Notes: generated from the sequence alone by a model not told the origin. A stretch of DNA of 64,000 nucleotides from Sedimentisphaerales bacterium (GCA_963708075.1 OY970194.1:4064001-4128000); one strand, 5' to 3'. Counted from the stretch's first letter, positions 1 to 13,030 are shown. Numbers and translations: made by a program.

Positions 1-2033
1 GGCTGGACCGAATAGATCGAGTCCTTTACGACCGGGGCGTCGGCCCAATCACAGATGTCATCGGGCGAATCAAGGAAGGTATCGATGCAACGCCGCCAAG
101 GCTCGCGCCCCACTTCAACCGGCGGGATCTCGAAATCGAGGGCTTCCCAGTAGGCGTTGGCCATCACGTGAATCATGACCCGTCCCTCAAGTGCGCGGAT
201 GGTTGCCGAGAGGATGTGAACCTCATTACTCCACTCAGCAGGATACAATGTGACTCCATACCATTGAACCGGTACCTGGCGCAGGAGTTCGTTCAGCGTC
301 ATGCCAAGTCGATTGGCCGGGAGGTTCCGATTGACGCGCAGCGCAATGAGCATTTGGGTGAATCGCTTCACATCGGCATGCTTGCCGACGAGACTCCAGT
401 CAAACCAACTGGTCTCGTTGTCCTGACAATACGCGTTATTGTTGCCGCTCTGGGAGCGTCGCACCTCGTCGCCCATCAGGAGCATGGGGGTCCCCGCCGA
501 AAACAGGGTCAAGGCGAGGAAGTTCTTCACCTGACGGTTGCGCAGCCGTTCCACGTGTGGATCATCCGTGGGACCTTCGACGCCGCAATTCCAACTGCGG
601 TTATCGTCCGCTCCGTCACGATTGGCTTCCCGATTCGCCTCGTTGTGCTTGTGATTATAGGAGACAACGTCGTTCAGGGTGAAACCATCGTGGCAGGTCA
701 CGAAGTTGATGCTGACCTCCGGCTCGCGCTGTCTATACTGGTAGATGTCCGGACTGCCCAACAACCGGTGCGCGACAGCCCCGGCCATCCCATTGTCGCC
801 TTTGACGAATGATCGCACGTCGTCGCGATAACGCCCGTTCCATTCCTTCCAGCTTTCACCGGGGAAACGGCCGACCTGGTAGAGGCCCGCGGCATCCCAG
901 GCTTCCGCAATCAATTTGACGTTCGCCAGCACCGGATCGGACTCAATGTCCGAGAGAACCGGCGGGGACGGTATGGGGGCACCCTGTTTGTCACGGGAAA
1001 GGATGGACGCCAGGTCGAAGCGAAAACCGTCCACGTGCATCTCGCTGACCCAATAACGAAGACTGTCGAGAATCAGCCGGCGGCAAATCGGCTCGTTGCC
1101 GTTCAGCGTGTTGCCACAGCCCGTGTAGTTGGCATAATGCGCCTGATTGCTCTCAAGAATATAGTAGGTATCATTTGCCAGACCGCGGTAACAAAACGTG
1201 GGGCCATCCTCTCCGCCTTCGGCCGTGTGGTTGTAAACGACGTCCAGGATGACCTCCAAGCCGGCCGCGTGGAGTGCCTTGACCATATCCCGGAATTCAT
1301 CGAGAACCCCGAGCGGATCGCGGCGGGAACTGTATTGCGCATGCGGCGCAAAGAACGAGATGGGGGAATAGCCCCAGTAGTTGGTGAGACCCGGGGGGCA
1401 GTCCTGTTCGTCAAAGGCGTAAACCGGCAGCAGCTCGACCGCGGTCACACCAAGATCATGAAGATAGGGGATTTTTTCAACCAGGCCGGCATAGGTTCCA
1501 CGACGGTCCGGCGCGACGCCGGAAGTGGGATGCTTTGTAAAGCCGCCAATATGCAATTCGTACAAAACGCTCCTGGTAAAGGGTATGCGCAGCGGAACAT
1601 CGTCCCCCCAATCGTAGGCGCCGGAGTCAACAACCACGCTTTTCATTGCCGGGACATGGCTTCTCGGTTTGCGTGCAGCTTGGCGATTGTAGCCGTCCGG
1701 CCGTGCAATGCACTTTCCGTACGGATCAAGGAGCACTTTGACCGGGTTGAATCGATGTCCCTTTTCAGGCTCGAAAGGCCCGTGCACGCGGTAACCGTAC
1801 AGTTGGCCCGCAGTGATACCCGGAACGAGAACATGCCAGTAGTAGTATGTGCGATTCAACTGCGGATCAAGGGGGATCTCGCTTGAAGGCGTCAGATCAT
1901 CGACGTTTTCGAACAGGAGCAACTCCAGCGCCGTGCCGTACCTGGAGAATACGCTGAAATTGACGCCATCCGGGCAAACCGTGGTACCAAGCGGGAAGCT
2001 TCGACCTTGATGATAGCTGGTGATCTGGACCAT
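1..2033 (-). CDS. glgX: Glycogen debranching enzyme (isoamylase, GH13); 3' end runs off the window
   Basis: Manual translation from ATG at 2033: MVQITSYHQGRSFPLGTTVCPDGVNFSVFS...YYWHV...YGYRVHGPFEPEKGHRFNPVKVLLDPY. Absent from the ORF track because there is no stop inside the window. Confidence 0.93.
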   Translation of the reverse strand, partial: MVQITSYHQGRSFPLGTTVCPDGVNFSVFSRYGTALELLLFENVDDLTPSSEIPLDPQLNRTYYYWHVLVPGITAGQLYGYRVHGPFEPEKGHRFNPVKVLLDPYGKCIARPDGYNRQAARKPRSHVPAMKSVVVDSGAYDWGDDVPLRIPFTRSVLYELHIGGFTKHPTSGVAPDRRGTYAGLVEKIPYLHDLGVTAVELLPVYAFDEQDCPPGLTNYWGYSPISFFAPHAQYSSRRDPLGVLDEFRDMVKALHAAGLEVILDVVYNHTAEGGEDGPTFCYRGLANDTYYILESNQAHYANYTGCGNTLNGNEPICRRLILDSLRYWVSEMHVDGFRFDLASILSRDKQGAPIPSPPVLSDIESDPVLANVKLIAEAWDAAGLYQVGRFPGESWKEWNGRYRDDVRSFVKGDNGMAGAVAHRLLGSPDIYQYRQREPEVSINFVTCHDGFTLNDVVSYNHKHNEANREANRDGADDNRSWNCGVEGPTDDPHVERLRNRQVKNFLALTLFSAGTPMLLMGDEVRRSQSGNNNAYCQDNETSWFDWSLVGKHADVKRFTQMLIALRVNRNLPANRLGMTLNELLRQVPVQWYGVTLYPAEWSNEVHILSATIRALEGRVMIHVMANAYWEALDFEIPPVEVGREPWRRCIDTFLDSPDDICDWADAPVVKDSIYSVQ

Positions 2034-2049
2034 AGAGTGAGTCCTCACA

Positions 2050-3732
2050 TTATGAGGTTGCTCCGACTTTTGTCTTGAGCATCCGGTATCGGCGGATCAG
2101 GTTATTCGTCGAACCATCGTGCTTGAGACTGGGGGAGCTCTGGGTATCGAGTTCCGGAATGATGCGCTGGGCGAGCACCTTGCCCAGTTCCACGCCCCAC
2201 TGGTCAAATGAGTCCAGATTCCAGATCACGCCCTGGGTGAAGACATAGTGCTCGTAAAGGGCAATGAGTTTGCCGAGCGTTTCCGGCGTCAATCGCTGGA
2301 CAAGAATCATGTTGGAGGGCCGATTGCCTGGGAAGGACCGATGAGGAACGAGCCAGGCGGGTACGCCTTCGGCCTCCACCTCTTCCCGCGTCTTGCCGAA
2401 GGCCAGCGCCTCCGCCTGAGCAAAAGCATTCGCCAAAAGTATATCGTGATGCCGGCCAAACGGGTGGAGTGGCTCGATGAATGCGATAAAGTCACAAGGG
2501 ATGAGCTTGGTTCCCTGATGAATCAACTGGTAGAAAGAATGCTGACCATTGGTTCCCGGCTCGCCCCAGTAGACAGGACTGGTCTGGTACGCAACTTCGG
2601 TCCCATCGAGCGTGACGTGTTTGCCATTGCTTTCCATGATCAACTGCTGCAGGTATGCGGGGAATCGTTTCAGGTACTGCTCGTACGGCAAAACCGCAAC
2701 AGCCTGTGCGCCGAAGAAATTATTGTACCAGATGCCAAGAAGGGCCATGAGCACCGGCAGGTTGCGCTCGAACGGCGTTGTGCGGAAGTGCTCGTCCATC
2801 TGGTGAAGGCCATCCAGCATGGCGCGGAAGTTGTCCGGGCCAATGGCAAGCATCGTGGAAAGGCCTATCGCCGAATCCATGGAATAGCGCCCACCAACCC
2901 AATCCCAGAACTCGAACATATTGGCGGTATCAATGCCGAATTTCGCCACTTCCACCGCGTTCGTCGACACCGCGACAAAATGTTTGGCGACCGACTTTTC
3001 ATCGCCCCCTAAGCAGGCAAGCAACCATTCGCGGGCCGTGCGCGCATTCGTCATCGTTTCGAGCGTCGTGAAGGTCTTTGAAGAGACGATGAAGAGCGTT
3101 TCCGCGGGATCACAGTCATGCACTGCTTCGGCGAAGTCGGTGCCATCGACGTTGGAGATGAACCTGAAGATTCTACCGCGGTCGCTGTAATTTCTCAGTG
3201 CCTCGTAGGCCATCACCGGCCCAAGGTCGGAGCCCCCGATACCAATGTTGATTATGTTGCGAATGGGCTTGCCGGTATGACCCTTCCATTCGCCACTGCG
3301 GATGCGATTGGAGAAGTCCGTCATCCTATCAAGTACGGCGTGCACCTGCGGCACCACGTTCTGGCCATCCACGATGATGGATGTCCCTCCGGGGGCGCGC
3401 AGGGCCACGTGCAAGACAGCGCGGTTTTCCGTAGTGTTTATCGTTTCACCGTGAAACATCGCGTCAATCCGCTCCCGGAGGCCGGACTGCTCGGCAAGCT
3501 CAATGAGCAATCTGAGGGTTTCATCGGTAATGCGATTCTTAGAGTAATCCAGGTAGATACCCACAGCTTCGACCGTCAGGCGTTCGCCGCGGTCTGGGTC
3601 ATCAGCAAAAAGGTTTCGCAGATGTAATTGGCGGACTTCTCTATAATGGGCTTCGAGGGCCTTCCATGCCTTGCGTCTAGTCAGCGGTGGGATACGTGCT
3701 TTCTTAGTTTTGACGTATGTTGTCATATTCAT
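2050..3732 (-). CDS. pgi: Glucose-6-phosphate isomerase
   Basis: Motifs [56 protein letters not shown]. Confidence 0.97.
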   Translation of the reverse strand: MNMTTYVKTKKARIPPLTRRKAWKALEAHYREVRQLHLRNLFADDPDRGERLTVEAVGIYLDYSKNRITDETLRLLIELAEQSGLRERIDAMFHGETINTTENRAVLHVALRAPGGTSIIVDGQNVVPQVHAVLDRMTDFSNRIRSGEWKGHTGKPIRNIINIGIGGSDLGPVMAYEALRNYSDRGRIFRFISNVDGTDFAEAVHDCDPAETLFIVSSKTFTTLETMTNARTAREWLLACLGGDEKSVAKHFVAVSTNAVEVAKFGIDTANMFEFWDWVGGRYSMDSAIGLSTMLAIGPDNFRAMLDGLHQMDEHFRTTPFERNLPVLMALLGIWYNNFFGAQAVAVLPYEQYLKRFPAYLQQLIMESNGKHVTLDGTEVAYQTSPVYWGEPGTNGQHSFYQLIHQGTKLIPCDFIAFIEPLHPFGRHHDILLANAFAQAEALAFGKTREEVEAEGVPAWLVPHRSFPGNRPSNMILVQRLTPETLGKLIALYEHYVFTQGVIWNLDSFDQWGVELGKVLAQRIIPELDTQSSPSLKHDGSTNNLIRRYRMLKTKVGATS

Positions 3733-5399
3733 TACCCTTTTCTCGTATCCACATCAACGGTCCCCAACGCATTGTTTACGATTTGCTGGGCCTCATTGAC
3801 AATGGCATTCAGGTGTGCCTGGCTTTTGAAACTCTCTGCGTAAATCTTGTAGATGTTCTCCGTGCCGGATGGCCTGGCCGCAAACCAGCCGTTGGCGGCC
3901 GTAACCTTCAAGCCGCCGATGGATGCCCCGTTGCCTGGGGCGCGGGTCAGTTTGGCCACTATCTGCTCACCGGCCAGTTTCGATTCCTTGACAGCATCAG
4001 ACGACAGGCTTTGCAGTCTCGCTTTCTGTTCCGGTGTCGCCGGCGCATCGATGCGAGTGTAATAGGGCGTGCCGAACTGGGCGGTGAGTTCGCGATAGTG
4101 TTCGCCCGGGTCTTTTTCTGTGCGAGCGGTGATTTCGGCGGCGAGCAGGTTCATGATTATACCGTCCTTGTCAGTCGTCCACACGGTGCCGTCGCGCCGC
4201 AGGAAACTTGCCCCGGCACTTTCCTCGCCGCCGAAACAATATGAACCGTCAAACAATCCCGGTGTGAACCATTTGAAGCCTACCGGAACTTCAGACAGCT
4301 TGCGGCCGAGCTTTTGCACTACCCGGTCAATAATGCTGCTGCTGACCAGCGTCTTGCCGACGGCGGAGTCCGTGGGCCAGTCGGGACGGTGCGTTAAGAG
4401 GTAGTTTATGGCCACAGCCAGGTAGTGATTTGGATTCATCAGCCCGGCTGACGGCGTGACGATTCCATGCCGGTCCGCATCCGGGTCGTTGGCAAAGGCG
4501 AGTTGGTACTTGTCCTTGAGGCCGACGAGCCGTGCCATCGCGTATGGGCTGGAGCAGTCCATGCGAATCCTGCCGTCGTGGTCGACAGTCATGAACGAGA
4601 AAGTCGGGTCTACTGTCGAATTCACGATGGTAGTATTCAGTTTGTACACGGAGTGTATTTGTTCCCAATAGGGCCCCGATGCACCTCCGAGTGGGTCAAT
4701 ACCAAGTGCGAGGCCGGCGGCACGAATGACTTCCATGTCGACGACGCTCTGCAGATCGTCAACATAGGGCGTGACGAAATCTTCCTGATGAGTGCTCGCC
4801 GCTTTGATGGCCGATGAGAACGGTACACGCTTTATATCCGCATTGCCTTTTCGCAGCAATTCGTTGGCGCGGTCCTGAACCCACGCCGTCACATCGGTGT
4901 CGGCGGGACCGCCATTGGTCGAGTCATACTTGAAGCCGCCATCCTCCGGCGGGTTGTGCGACGGTGTGACTACGATGCCGTCAGCAAGATGCTCTTTGCG
5001 GGCGCGGTTATAAACGAGGATAGCCCACGAGACGACCGGTGTCGGTGTTACACCGTCATTTTGATGGATGAGCGTTTCCACATGGTTGGCCGCCAGCACC
5101 TCCAGAGCGGTACGCTGGGCCGGCCCGGACAATGCGTGTGTGTCCTTACCCATATAGAGCGGACCGTCAACACCCTGGCGGCGCCGATAGTCGCAAATGG
5201 CCTGAGTGATCGCCAGGATGTGGGCTTCAGTAAACGTACCTCGCAGCGATGAGCCTCGATGTCCGCTGGTGCCGAAGCTGACTCGCTGGTTGGCATCCGT
5301 CATGTCCGGCCGACGCTCGTAATAGTCCCGTTCGAGCTGGGACAGGTCAACCAGCATTTCTTTGGGAGCCGCTTTGCCTGCCAGAGGTGAAATTGCCAT
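3732..5399 (-). CDS. pgm: Phosphoglucomutase (alpha-D-glucose-1,6-bisphosphate dependent)
   Basis: [35 protein letters not shown] motifs. Confidence 0.97.
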   Translation of the reverse strand: MAISPLAGKAAPKEMLVDLSQLERDYYERRPDMTDANQRVSFGTSGHRGSSLRGTFTEAHILAITQAICDYRRRQGVDGPLYMGKDTHALSGPAQRTALEVLAANHVETLIHQNDGVTPTPVVSWAILVYNRARKEHLADGIVVTPSHNPPEDGGFKYDSTNGGPADTDVTAWVQDRANELLRKGNADIKRVPFSSAIKAASTHQEDFVTPYVDDLQSVVDMEVIRAAGLALGIDPLGGASGPYWEQIHSVYKLNTTIVNSTVDPTFSFMTVDHDGRIRMDCSSPYAMARLVGLKDKYQLAFANDPDADRHGIVTPSAGLMNPNHYLAVAINYLLTHRPDWPTDSAVGKTLVSSSIIDRVVQKLGRKLSEVPVGFKWFTPGLFDGSYCFGGEESAGASFLRRDGTVWTTDKDGIIMNLLAAEITARTEKDPGEHYRELTAQFGTPYYTRIDAPATPEQKARLQSLSSDAVKESKLAGEQIVAKLTRAPGNGASIGGLKVTAANGWFAARPSGTENIYKIYAESFKSQAHLNAIVNEAQQIVNNALGTVDVDTRKG

Positions 5400-5517
5400 A
5401 GGTATCCTTTTCTATCTGCCGCTTATCCCGAATAGTACTTCAGTGCCTGCCATCACCAGGGTGCACTGCCGCTGATGCGGCTTTGCCATCATATCCGCGA
5501 TCACAAGGCGGCTCCAT

Positions 5518-6018
5518 TCAATCCGTAAGAAGGTGTGCAGGGACACCCTGTGATTCGTCCACCGGCAGAGGCTCCAACGAGCACTTATCGAGGGCGGTGA
5601 TCTTCTGGACGCGGCGGGTATGCCGGCCACCGTCGAAAGGCGTAGTGAGCCAGACGTCGATGATCTTCATGGCCAGTTCCGCGGGCACCGCTCGGGCGCC
5701 GAGAGAAATGGCGTTGGCATCGTTATGGGCCCGGCCGAGCCTGGCGCCGACCTCGCCCCGGCAGATCACACAGCGGATGCCGCGAACCTTGTTGGCGACG
5801 ATGGCCTCGCCGTTGCCGCTGCCGCCCAGGACGATGGTCCGGTCGCACTCGCCTTTGGCCGTCGCCAGAGCCGCCGGATAGACGAAATCCGGGTAATCGC
5901 ACGGCTCGGCCGAGTACGTCCCGAAGTCCTTGACCTCGTGTCCTTCCTCGATCAGGTACTGCTTGATGCGTTCCTTGAGCTCATACCCGGCGTGATCCGT
6001 ACCCAGTGCAATTCTCAT
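5518..6018 (-). CDS. rpiB: Ribose-5-phosphate isomerase B
   Basis: MRIALGTDHAG...GGSGNGE...ANKVRGIR...HNDANAISLG...FDGGRHTRRV; start moved to ATG at 6018. Confidence 0.93.
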   Translation of the reverse strand: MRIALGTDHAGYELKERIKQYLIEEGHEVKDFGTYSAEPCDYPDFVYPAALATAKGECDRTIVLGGSGNGEAIVANKVRGIRCVICRGEVGARLGRAHNDANAISLGARAVPAELAMKIIDVWLTTPFDGGRHTRRVQKITALDKCSLEPLPVDESQGVPAHLLTD

Positions 6019-6062
6019 CGTGACTCCTTCAAACCAGTTAGCCGCGCGGCCAAGGTTTGTGT

Positions 6063-8576
6063 TCAGGTTACCGGACACGGCTTTGCATTCCAGACATCCG
6101 ACGCATACTCCGCAATCGTGCGGTCGCTGGAGAACTTGCCGGAGCCGGCAACATTCAGGATGGCCTTGTAAGCCCATCCGTCCGGGTCGGCATACAAATC
6201 ACACAACTGCTGATCCGCCTCGAGATAGGACTTGAGGTCCGCCAGGTGCATGTAGTGGTCACCAAAAGTCAGAAGCGTGTCGTATAATTGAGTGAAAACA
6301 CCCGGTTCATAGCGGCTAAAGTAATTGGATACAATCATATCCAGCGCCTCGCGAGTCTCCGGTTCGTTTTCATAGTGCCAGTAGGGATTGTACCAGCCTC
6401 GGCTATGGGCCACTTGTTCGGCGGTCAGACCAAACAGGAAGAAGTTGTCCTCCCCCGCTTCTTCCGCCATCTCGATGGTAGCGCCATCGCGCGTACCTAT
6501 GGTCAGCGCCCCATTCATCATGAATTTCATATTGCCCGTGCCACTGGCTTCATAGCCTGCGGTCGATATCTGATTGGAGACATCACTGGCGGGAATTAGC
6601 CGTTCTGCCAGAGAAACACGGTAATCCGGCAAAAACATGACTTTGAGCCGACCTTGTACCGCCGGGTCGCCGTCAATGGTGCCTGCCAGATTGTTGATGA
6701 ACTTAATGATGAGTTTGGCCAAGTGATAGGCCGGTGCGGCCTTACCGGCGAAAAAGAAAGTCCGCGGCGCCATATCGAGGTTGGGGTTCTTTCGCAAGCG
6801 GTTGTAAAGCACCACGATGCGCAACGCATTGAGCAACTGTCTCTTGTATTCGTGGATACGCTTGACCTGGGAATCGAAGATGCTGTCCGGATCCACAGTC
6901 TGGCCGGTCGTTGATTTCAGCCAGTCGGCAAATTGAGACTTGGCCTGACGCTTGGCCTGGAGGAAGGCATCGCGAAAACCCTTGTCAGCGGCAAGCGGCT
7001 TGAGTTCGCTCAATTGGTCGAGATCGCTAATCCAGCCATCCCCTATGGCCTCGGTGATAGTACTTGCAAGCACCGGGTTGGCCAGCAGCAGCCACCGTCT
7101 CGGAGTAACGCCGTTGGTCTTGTTGTTGAAACGCTCGGGGAACATCTCCGCCAGGTCTTTGACCGTCGTCGTGCGCAGCAGTTCGGAATGGATGGCAGCC
7201 ACACCGTTCGTGCTGTGCGAACCCACGATGGCCAGATTGGCCATGCGAATCTTACGATGGGCACCTTCCTCAACGAGGCTTACTCTCGCGATGCGTCCGT
7301 CGTCACCGGAGAACCTGGTACGGACCGTATCGAGAAGGCGGCGATTGATCTCGAAGATGATTTCCAAAAGACGCGGCTTCAACATTTCAAACCAGGCGAC
7401 CGGCCATTTTTCGAGAGCTTCAGGCAAAAGTGTGTGGTTCGTGTAGGCCAGGGCCTTTTGTGTAATGTCCCACGCCTGATCCCATCCGAGGTTGGCTTCG
7501 TCAAGCAGAATGCGCATCAATTCAGGGACAGCCATAGATGGGTGCGTATCGTTAAGCTGCATGGCAACCTTCTCGGGAAACTTGCTCCAATCGGCATTGC
7601 TGCGACGGAAACGCCGAACCAGGTCTGCCAGCGAGCAGGCCACAAGAAAATACTCCTGCACAAAGCGCAGTCCCTGTCCCAGACTCGTGGTGTCATCTGG
7701 ATAGAGTACCCGCGTGAGAGATTCTGCGCTAAGGGTTTCCGCCAACGCACCCACGAAATCCCCGCGGCTGAATCTTTGAAAATCGAAGTAATCCGGTGCC
7801 GCGGCGGCCCAAAGGCGAAGGGTGTTGATGGTCTTGCCGCCATAACCGACTACGGGTCGGTCAAACGGGATACCCAGCAGGCTGGATGCCTGGCCTCGTA
7901 CTCCCCGCAAGCTTCCGCCGTGCATCTCAAATGAGCAGTTCAGCTTTACTTCCACCATGTCCTGCAGACGAGCCACTTCCCACGGGTCCGGGCGCCGGAG
8001 CCAGTTGTCCGGCTGTTCCTGCTGCCAGCCGTCCCTGATGGCCTGTTTGAAAATGCCGTATTCGTAACGAAGGCCGTATCCCATAGCCGGCAATTGCATC
8101 GTGGCCATCGAGTCGAGGAAACAAGCCGCCAAACGCCCAAGTCCGCCGTTGCCCAAGCCGGCATCGGGTTCTTGTTCGAGTACTCCGAGCAAATCAATAT
8201 GCTTTTGCTCGACCGTCTGCTGGGCAAGTTGCTCAAGCAAGAGATTGGTGACGTTGTTGGCAAGGGAGCGGCCGATGAGAAACTCCATCGACAGATAGTA
8301 AATGCGTTTGGGGTTCGCACGATCGTACGTCTGCTCCGTGCGCACCCATCGCTGGGAAAGAACATCACGCACGGAACGGGCCAGGGCCTCAAATTGTTCC
8401 CGTCCGCCGGCGGCGTTCAGGTCGATGACATTGTCAAAGATGAAATGCCTTTCATAGAGAGCATTGTCGGTACCTGAAAACTGAATCGGACCGCATCCGT
8501 ATTGTTTCAACAGTTCCGACACGTCCGCTCGCTCCTTGGACGTCGCTGGCGGAGCCGCAATACCTGTTCCACTCAT
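6063..8576 (-). CDS. glgP: Glycogen/starch phosphorylase
   Basis: LGNGGLGRLAACF, QLNDTHP, KRIHEYKRQ, EASGTGNMKF (PLP lysine). Confidence 0.97.
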   Translation of the reverse strand: MSGTGIAAPPATSKERADVSELLKQYGCGPIQFSGTDNALYERHFIFDNVIDLNAAGGREQFEALARSVRDVLSQRWVRTEQTYDRANPKRIYYLSMEFLIGRSLANNVTNLLLEQLAQQTVEQKHIDLLGVLEQEPDAGLGNGGLGRLAACFLDSMATMQLPAMGYGLRYEYGIFKQAIRDGWQQEQPDNWLRRPDPWEVARLQDMVEVKLNCSFEMHGGSLRGVRGQASSLLGIPFDRPVVGYGGKTINTLRLWAAAAPDYFDFQRFSRGDFVGALAETLSAESLTRVLYPDDTTSLGQGLRFVQEYFLVACSLADLVRRFRRSNADWSKFPEKVAMQLNDTHPSMAVPELMRILLDEANLGWDQAWDITQKALAYTNHTLLPEALEKWPVAWFEMLKPRLLEIIFEINRRLLDTVRTRFSGDDGRIARVSLVEEGAHRKIRMANLAIVGSHSTNGVAAIHSELLRTTTVKDLAEMFPERFNNKTNGVTPRRWLLLANPVLASTITEAIGDGWISDLDQLSELKPLAADKGFRDAFLQAKRQAKSQFADWLKSTTGQTVDPDSIFDSQVKRIHEYKRQLLNALRIVVLYNRLRKNPNLDMAPRTFFFAGKAAPAYHLAKLIIKFINNLAGTIDGDPAVQGRLKVMFLPDYRVSLAERLIPASDVSNQISTAGYEASGTGNMKFMMNGALTIGTRDGATIEMAEEAGEDNFFLFGLTAEQVAHSRGWYNPYWHYENEPETREALDMIVSNYFSRYEPGVFTQLYDTLLTFGDHYMHLADLKSYLEADQQLCDLYADPDGWAYKAILNVAGSGKFSSDRTIAEYASDVWNAKPCPVT

Positions 8577-8658
8577 CTTAATCCCCTTTCGGTTAGATTC
8601 CTTCTTATGATTCCGCGTCACTTGATTTCTAGCGAGCCGGCCGGACTGCTGAATTGAG

Positions 8659-9258
8659 TCATAGGCCCACATGACGAGTCTCATTCCACAGGACAATAGC
8701 CGGCCGGGAAAGGCTTCCTTCATAGCCGAGCGCGCTGAGGCTCGCGGTGCTCAGCTTAAAGGACCTGCTGTTGACTGAAGGCTCGAGCCCTATCCATCGG
8801 GTGGCCAGCACCCGTATGAAATGACCGCTCGAAAACAGCAGCACGCTTCCATTCACCGCGCGCACGCGGCTCACCACGCGGTCAGCACGCGCAGCCACCT
8901 GAGCCGGCGTCTCACCGCCGGGGCAGCCGTCACGGAACAGCAGCCAGCCTGGACGTTCAGCAAGGATTTCCGCGGTGCGGCGTCCTTCATAGTCGCCGTA
9001 GTTCCACTCCACAAGGTCGCGGTCAATTTCCGCAACCGCGCCGAAGCCCGCCAGTTCACAGGTCCGCACCGCGCGCTGTAACGGGCTGGTAAACACCTTG
9101 GCAAAAGCTATCCCTTTGAGCCGCTCTCCGAGCTGCCGCGCATTACGCTCCCCTTGGTCGGTCAGCGGTAGATCGGTAAGTCCCGTGTACTGGCCCGTGA
9201 GACTCCATGCTGTCTCACCATGTCTTGCCAAATAGACAACCGGAAGTTCCTCACCCAC
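8659..9258 (-). CDS. Histidine phosphatase family protein (phosphoglycerate mutase-like)
   Basis: RHGET motif, SPLQRA, EWNYGDYEG; probable GTG start at 9258. Confidence 0.88.
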   Translation of the reverse strand: MGEELPVVYLARHGETAWSLTGQYTGLTDLPLTDQGERNARQLGERLKGIAFAKVFTSPLQRAVRTCELAGFGAVAEIDRDLVEWNYGDYEGRRTAEILAERPGWLLFRDGCPGGETPAQVAARADRVVSRVRAVNGSVLLFSSGHFIRVLATRWIGLEPSVNSRSFKLSTASLSALGYEGSLSRPAIVLWNETRHVGL

Positions 9259-9608
9259 GATATCGCCCTTTCTGCCATAATTCCTTTGGCTGATGCCCGT
9301 CTGCCCCACCCGTGATGCATCAGAGCTGTCTCACTACCGAGCCACTCCTGACCCAAGATATGAGGGGGTGCGAATCGTTTCAATCAGAAAGAGTCCTATT
9401 TTGTGTCGGGATACTGCCCTCGGGGGGCGAAGTTAAACACCTACGGCAAAAGCAGTAATTGCCGGAGTATGCATGCTTGCGCTCGGGCTGTATCGTGTCA
9501 AGAAGTGATCTGCAGAGTAGGCAAGAAGTCACGAAGCGATATGCAACAGCTACTATTTGTGGGTCTTCTGGATCCTATTTAGTAAATGCAGTTTCAAGGA
9601 ATTGTTCA

Positions 9609-10589
9609 ATGGGACTGGTGACAACCAAGAAGATGTTTGAAATGGCCTACAAGCACGGCTATGCCATCGGGGCCTTCAACGTCAATAACATGGAGATTAC
9701 GCAGGGGATCATGTCGGCAGCAGCCGAGGAAGAAGCCCCGGTGATTCTGCAGGTATCTCGCGGGGCGCGGAAATACGCCAGTATGAGATACCTCAGGGGG
9801 ATCATCGATGCCGCCGTGGATGAGAACCCGGACATTCCGATTTGCATGCACCTCGATCACGGCGACACCTTCGAAACATGCAAGCAGTGCGTCGATGATG
9901 GCTTTACATCGGTCATGATTGACGGGTCGCATCATTCGTTCGAGGATAATATCGCGCTGACAAAACGAGTGGTCAAGTACGCCCACGACCACGGCGTGGT
10001 AGTAGAAGCCGAACTGGGGCAGCTTGGCGGCATCGAAGAGGACGTTATCGGGGTCAGTGCCGACGCTATCAGCGAGCACCTGACGGACCCGAATCAGGTG
10101 GCCGAATTCGTCGCCAGGACCGATGTGGATTCGCTGGCCATAGCGATCGGAACAAGCCACGGGGCATACAAATTCAAAACCGAGCCGAAACTGGCCTTTG
10201 ACGTGATCGAGCAGGTTTCAAAGAAACTGCCGGGCTTTCCACTGGTGATGCACGGTTCAAGCAGCGTGCCGAAGGAATACAGGGACCTCATAAACACGTA
10301 TGGCGGCAAGATGCCTGACGCCAAAGGGGTGCCGGAAGACGCGATAAGCAAAGCGGCGCGCATGGCCATCTGCAAGGTCAATTTCGATACGGACCTGAGA
10401 ATGGCAATGACGGCTTCGATTCGGCAGGTACTTTGGGAAAACCCCTCCGAGTTCGATCCGCGCAATTACCTCGGTCCGGCGAGAGACGAGATAAAGACAA
10501 TGATAAAGCGCAGATTCCATGTTCTGGGATGCGCCGGCAAAGCCGCTGAATGCAGCGCACGCCCATCAATGGTCACTGTGCATTCTTAA
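9609..10589 (+). CDS. fba: Class II fructose-bisphosphate aldolase
   Basis: [38 protein letters not shown]. Confidence 0.95.
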   Translation: MGLVTTKKMFEMAYKHGYAIGAFNVNNMEITQGIMSAAAEEEAPVILQVSRGARKYASMRYLRGIIDAAVDENPDIPICMHLDHGDTFETCKQCVDDGFTSVMIDGSHHSFEDNIALTKRVVKYAHDHGVVVEAELGQLGGIEEDVIGVSADAISEHLTDPNQVAEFVARTDVDSLAIAIGTSHGAYKFKTEPKLAFDVIEQVSKKLPGFPLVMHGSSSVPKEYRDLINTYGGKMPDAKGVPEDAISKAARMAICKVNFDTDLRMAMTASIRQVLWENPSEFDPRNYLGPARDEIKTMIKRRFHVLGCAGKAAECSARPSMVTVHS

Positions 10590-10617
10590 GTGCAATGTTG
10601 CAGAAAGGGAGACTGTC

Positions 10618-13017
10618 ATGGCTAAGCAAGCAGTGCAAGAAAAGGCAGCGCCTCTGTCTCAGACGGAACTGGAGCAAATGAACGCGTACTGGCGTGCTGC
10701 CAATTACCTCGCGGTCGGACAGATCTATCTGCTGGATAATCCTTTGTTGCGCGAACCGCTCACGCGAGAGCATATAAAGTCCAGACTGCTTGGGCATTGG
10801 GGGACGACGCCCGGGCTGAATTTCATTTACGTCCACCTGAACCGTTTGATCAATAAGTATGATCTCAACGTCATATACGTCGCGGGTCCGGGACACGGCG
10901 GCCCGGCTTTGGTGTCCAACGTCTATCTGGAAGGAACGTACAGCGAGTACTATTCGGATATCCCACAAGATGCAGATGGGATGAGGAAGTTGTTCAGACA
11001 GTTTTCTTTTCCGTACGGGATTCCCAGCCATGTGGCGGCCGAAACGCCGGGGTCAATCCACGAAGGCGGCGAATTAGGTTATGCTGTATCTCACGCATAT
11101 GGTGCGGCCTTTGACAATCCCGACCTGATCGTCGCGTGCGTCGTCGGTGATGGAGAAGCGGAAACCGGGCCCCTGGCGGCAGCCTGGCATTCCAACAAAT
11201 TCCTGAATCCGGCGCGTGACGGCGCCGTGCTTCCCATCCTGCATCTCAATGGATACAAGATCGCTAATCCCACGATCCTGGCGCGAATACCTCACGAAGA
11301 ACTGGAAAGCCTGTTCATCGGCTATGGGTATAAACCCTATTTTGTGGAAGGCTCTGACCCGGAAACGATGCACCAACTGATGGCCGGCACAATGGAAGAC
11401 ATAGTCGCGGAAATTACGTCCATACAGGACGACGCGCGGGTCAGGGGCAAGACGGCGCGTCCTCAATGGCCCATACTCATCCTGAGGTCTCCCAAGGGTT
11501 GGACAGGTCCGAAGGAAGTGGACGGGCTCAAGACGGAAGATTTCTGGCGTTCGCATCAGGTGCCGTTCTCGAAGATGGATGACGATCACATCAAATTGCT
11601 TGAAAACTGGATGAAGAGTTATAAACCTGAGGAATTGTTTGACGCCAATGGGAAACTGATACCGGAACTCGCGGAACTGGCGCCGAAAGGCAAGCGACGA
11701 ATGGGAGACAACCCGCACACGAACGGCGGACAACTGCTGAAAGATCTTCGAATGCCCGATTTCAGGGATTACGCAGTCGAGGTCCCTGCCCCCGGAGAGG
11801 TGATTGGAGAGGCGACTCGCACCATGGGCAAGTTCCTGCGGGACGTCATGAAACTCAATCTGGATGCCGCAAATTTCAGGGTGGTGGGTCCGGATGAGGT
11901 CGCCTCGAACCGGTTGGGAAATCTTTTCGAAGTGACGGACCGCACCTGGATGGAACCGACGATTCCTGAAGACGACCACCTTTCTCCCAACGGCCGAGTG
12001 ATGGAGATCTTGAGTGAGCATACCTGCCAGGGGTGGCTGGAAGGGTACCTGCTCACCGGCCGCCACGGCCTGTTCACGTCCTATGAGGCGTTCATACACC
12101 TGGTGGATTCCATGTTCAATCAGCACGCCAAATGGCTGAAGGTATCGCGAGAGATTCCCTGGCGAAGGGCCATTGCCTCGCTCAATTACCTGCTGTCGTC
12201 TCACGTGTGGCGACAAGACCATAACGGTTTCAGTCATCAGGACCCGGGATTCATCGACCATGTGGTGAATAAGAAGGCGGATATCATCAGGGTGTATTTC
12301 CCGCCGGACGCGAATTGCCTGTTGTCGGTCACCGACCACTGTCTGCGAAGTCGCAACTATGTCAATGTCATCGTCGCCGGCAAACAGCCCCTGCCTCAGT
12401 GGCTGAATATGGACCAGGCGATCAAGCACTGCACGGCGGGCATCGGAATCTGGGAATGGGCCAGTAATGACAAGGGCTCAGAGCCCGATATTGTGATGGC
12501 GTGCTGTGGCGACGCTCCGACCATAGAGACCCTTGCGGCGGTCGATATCCTGAGAAAACACATTCCTCAACTGAAAATCAGAGTGATCAACGTTGTGGAC
12601 CTGATGACCCTTCAGCCCAAAGAGGAACATCCGCACGGTCTGACGGATTTCGACTTTGATTCGTTATTCACGAAGGACAAGCCCATTATCTTCGCCTATC
12701 ATGGCTATCCCTGGCTGATCCACCGTTTAGCGTACCGACGCACCAATCACAAGAATCTGCACGTTCGCGGCTATAAGGAAGAAGGAACCACGACGACTCC
12801 GTTTGACATCATGGTGATGAACGATCTGAGCCGCTTGAATCTCGTCTCCGATGTGATCGACCGGCTTCCACAACTCGGTTCGAGCGCGGCCTACGCCAAA
12901 CAAGCCATCCGCGATAAGCTGATTGACCATAAGGAGTATGTCTCCGAGTATGGTGTAGACATGCCTGAGATACGCGACTGGAAATGGCCCTACGCTACGG
13001 AAGGAGACGCCAGTTAG
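10618..13017 (+). CDS. xfp: Phosphoketolase (XFP)
   Basis: [43 protein letters not shown]. Confidence 0.97.
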   Translation: MAKQAVQEKAAPLSQTELEQMNAYWRAANYLAVGQIYLLDNPLLREPLTREHIKSRLLGHWGTTPGLNFIYVHLNRLINKYDLNVIYVAGPGHGGPALVSNVYLEGTYSEYYSDIPQDADGMRKLFRQFSFPYGIPSHVAAETPGSIHEGGELGYAVSHAYGAAFDNPDLIVACVVGDGEAETGPLAAAWHSNKFLNPARDGAVLPILHLNGYKIANPTILARIPHEELESLFIGYGYKPYFVEGSDPETMHQLMAGTMEDIVAEITSIQDDARVRGKTARPQWPILILRSPKGWTGPKEVDGLKTEDFWRSHQVPFSKMDDDHIKLLENWMKSYKPEELFDANGKLIPELAELAPKGKRRMGDNPHTNGGQLLKDLRMPDFRDYAVEVPAPGEVIGEATRTMGKFLRDVMKLNLDAANFRVVGPDEVASNRLGNLFEVTDRTWMEPTIPEDDHLSPNGRVMEILSEHTCQGWLEGYLLTGRHGLFTSYEAFIHLVDSMFNQHAKWLKVSREIPWRRAIASLNYLLSSHVWRQDHNGFSHQDPGFIDHVVNKKADIIRVYFPPDANCLLSVTDHCLRSRNYVNVIVAGKQPLPQWLNMDQAIKHCTAGIGIWEWASNDKGSEPDIVMACCGDAPTIETLAAVDILRKHIPQLKIRVINVVDLMTLQPKEEHPHGLTDFDFDSLFTKDKPIIFAYHGYPWLIHRLAYRRTNHKNLHVRGYKEEGTTTTPFDIMVMNDLSRLNLVSDVIDRLPQLGSSAAYAKQAIRDKLIDHKEYVSEYGVDMPEIRDWKWPYATEGDAS

Positions 13018-13030
13018 TGCGAGAGCCGAC

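Noticed and set aside
9395..9475. Possible degenerate box in the divergent phosphatase/fba intergenic region
   Set aside because: Only partial half-site matches (GTCGGG, ACCTAC) and poor -35/-10; needs a PWM score.
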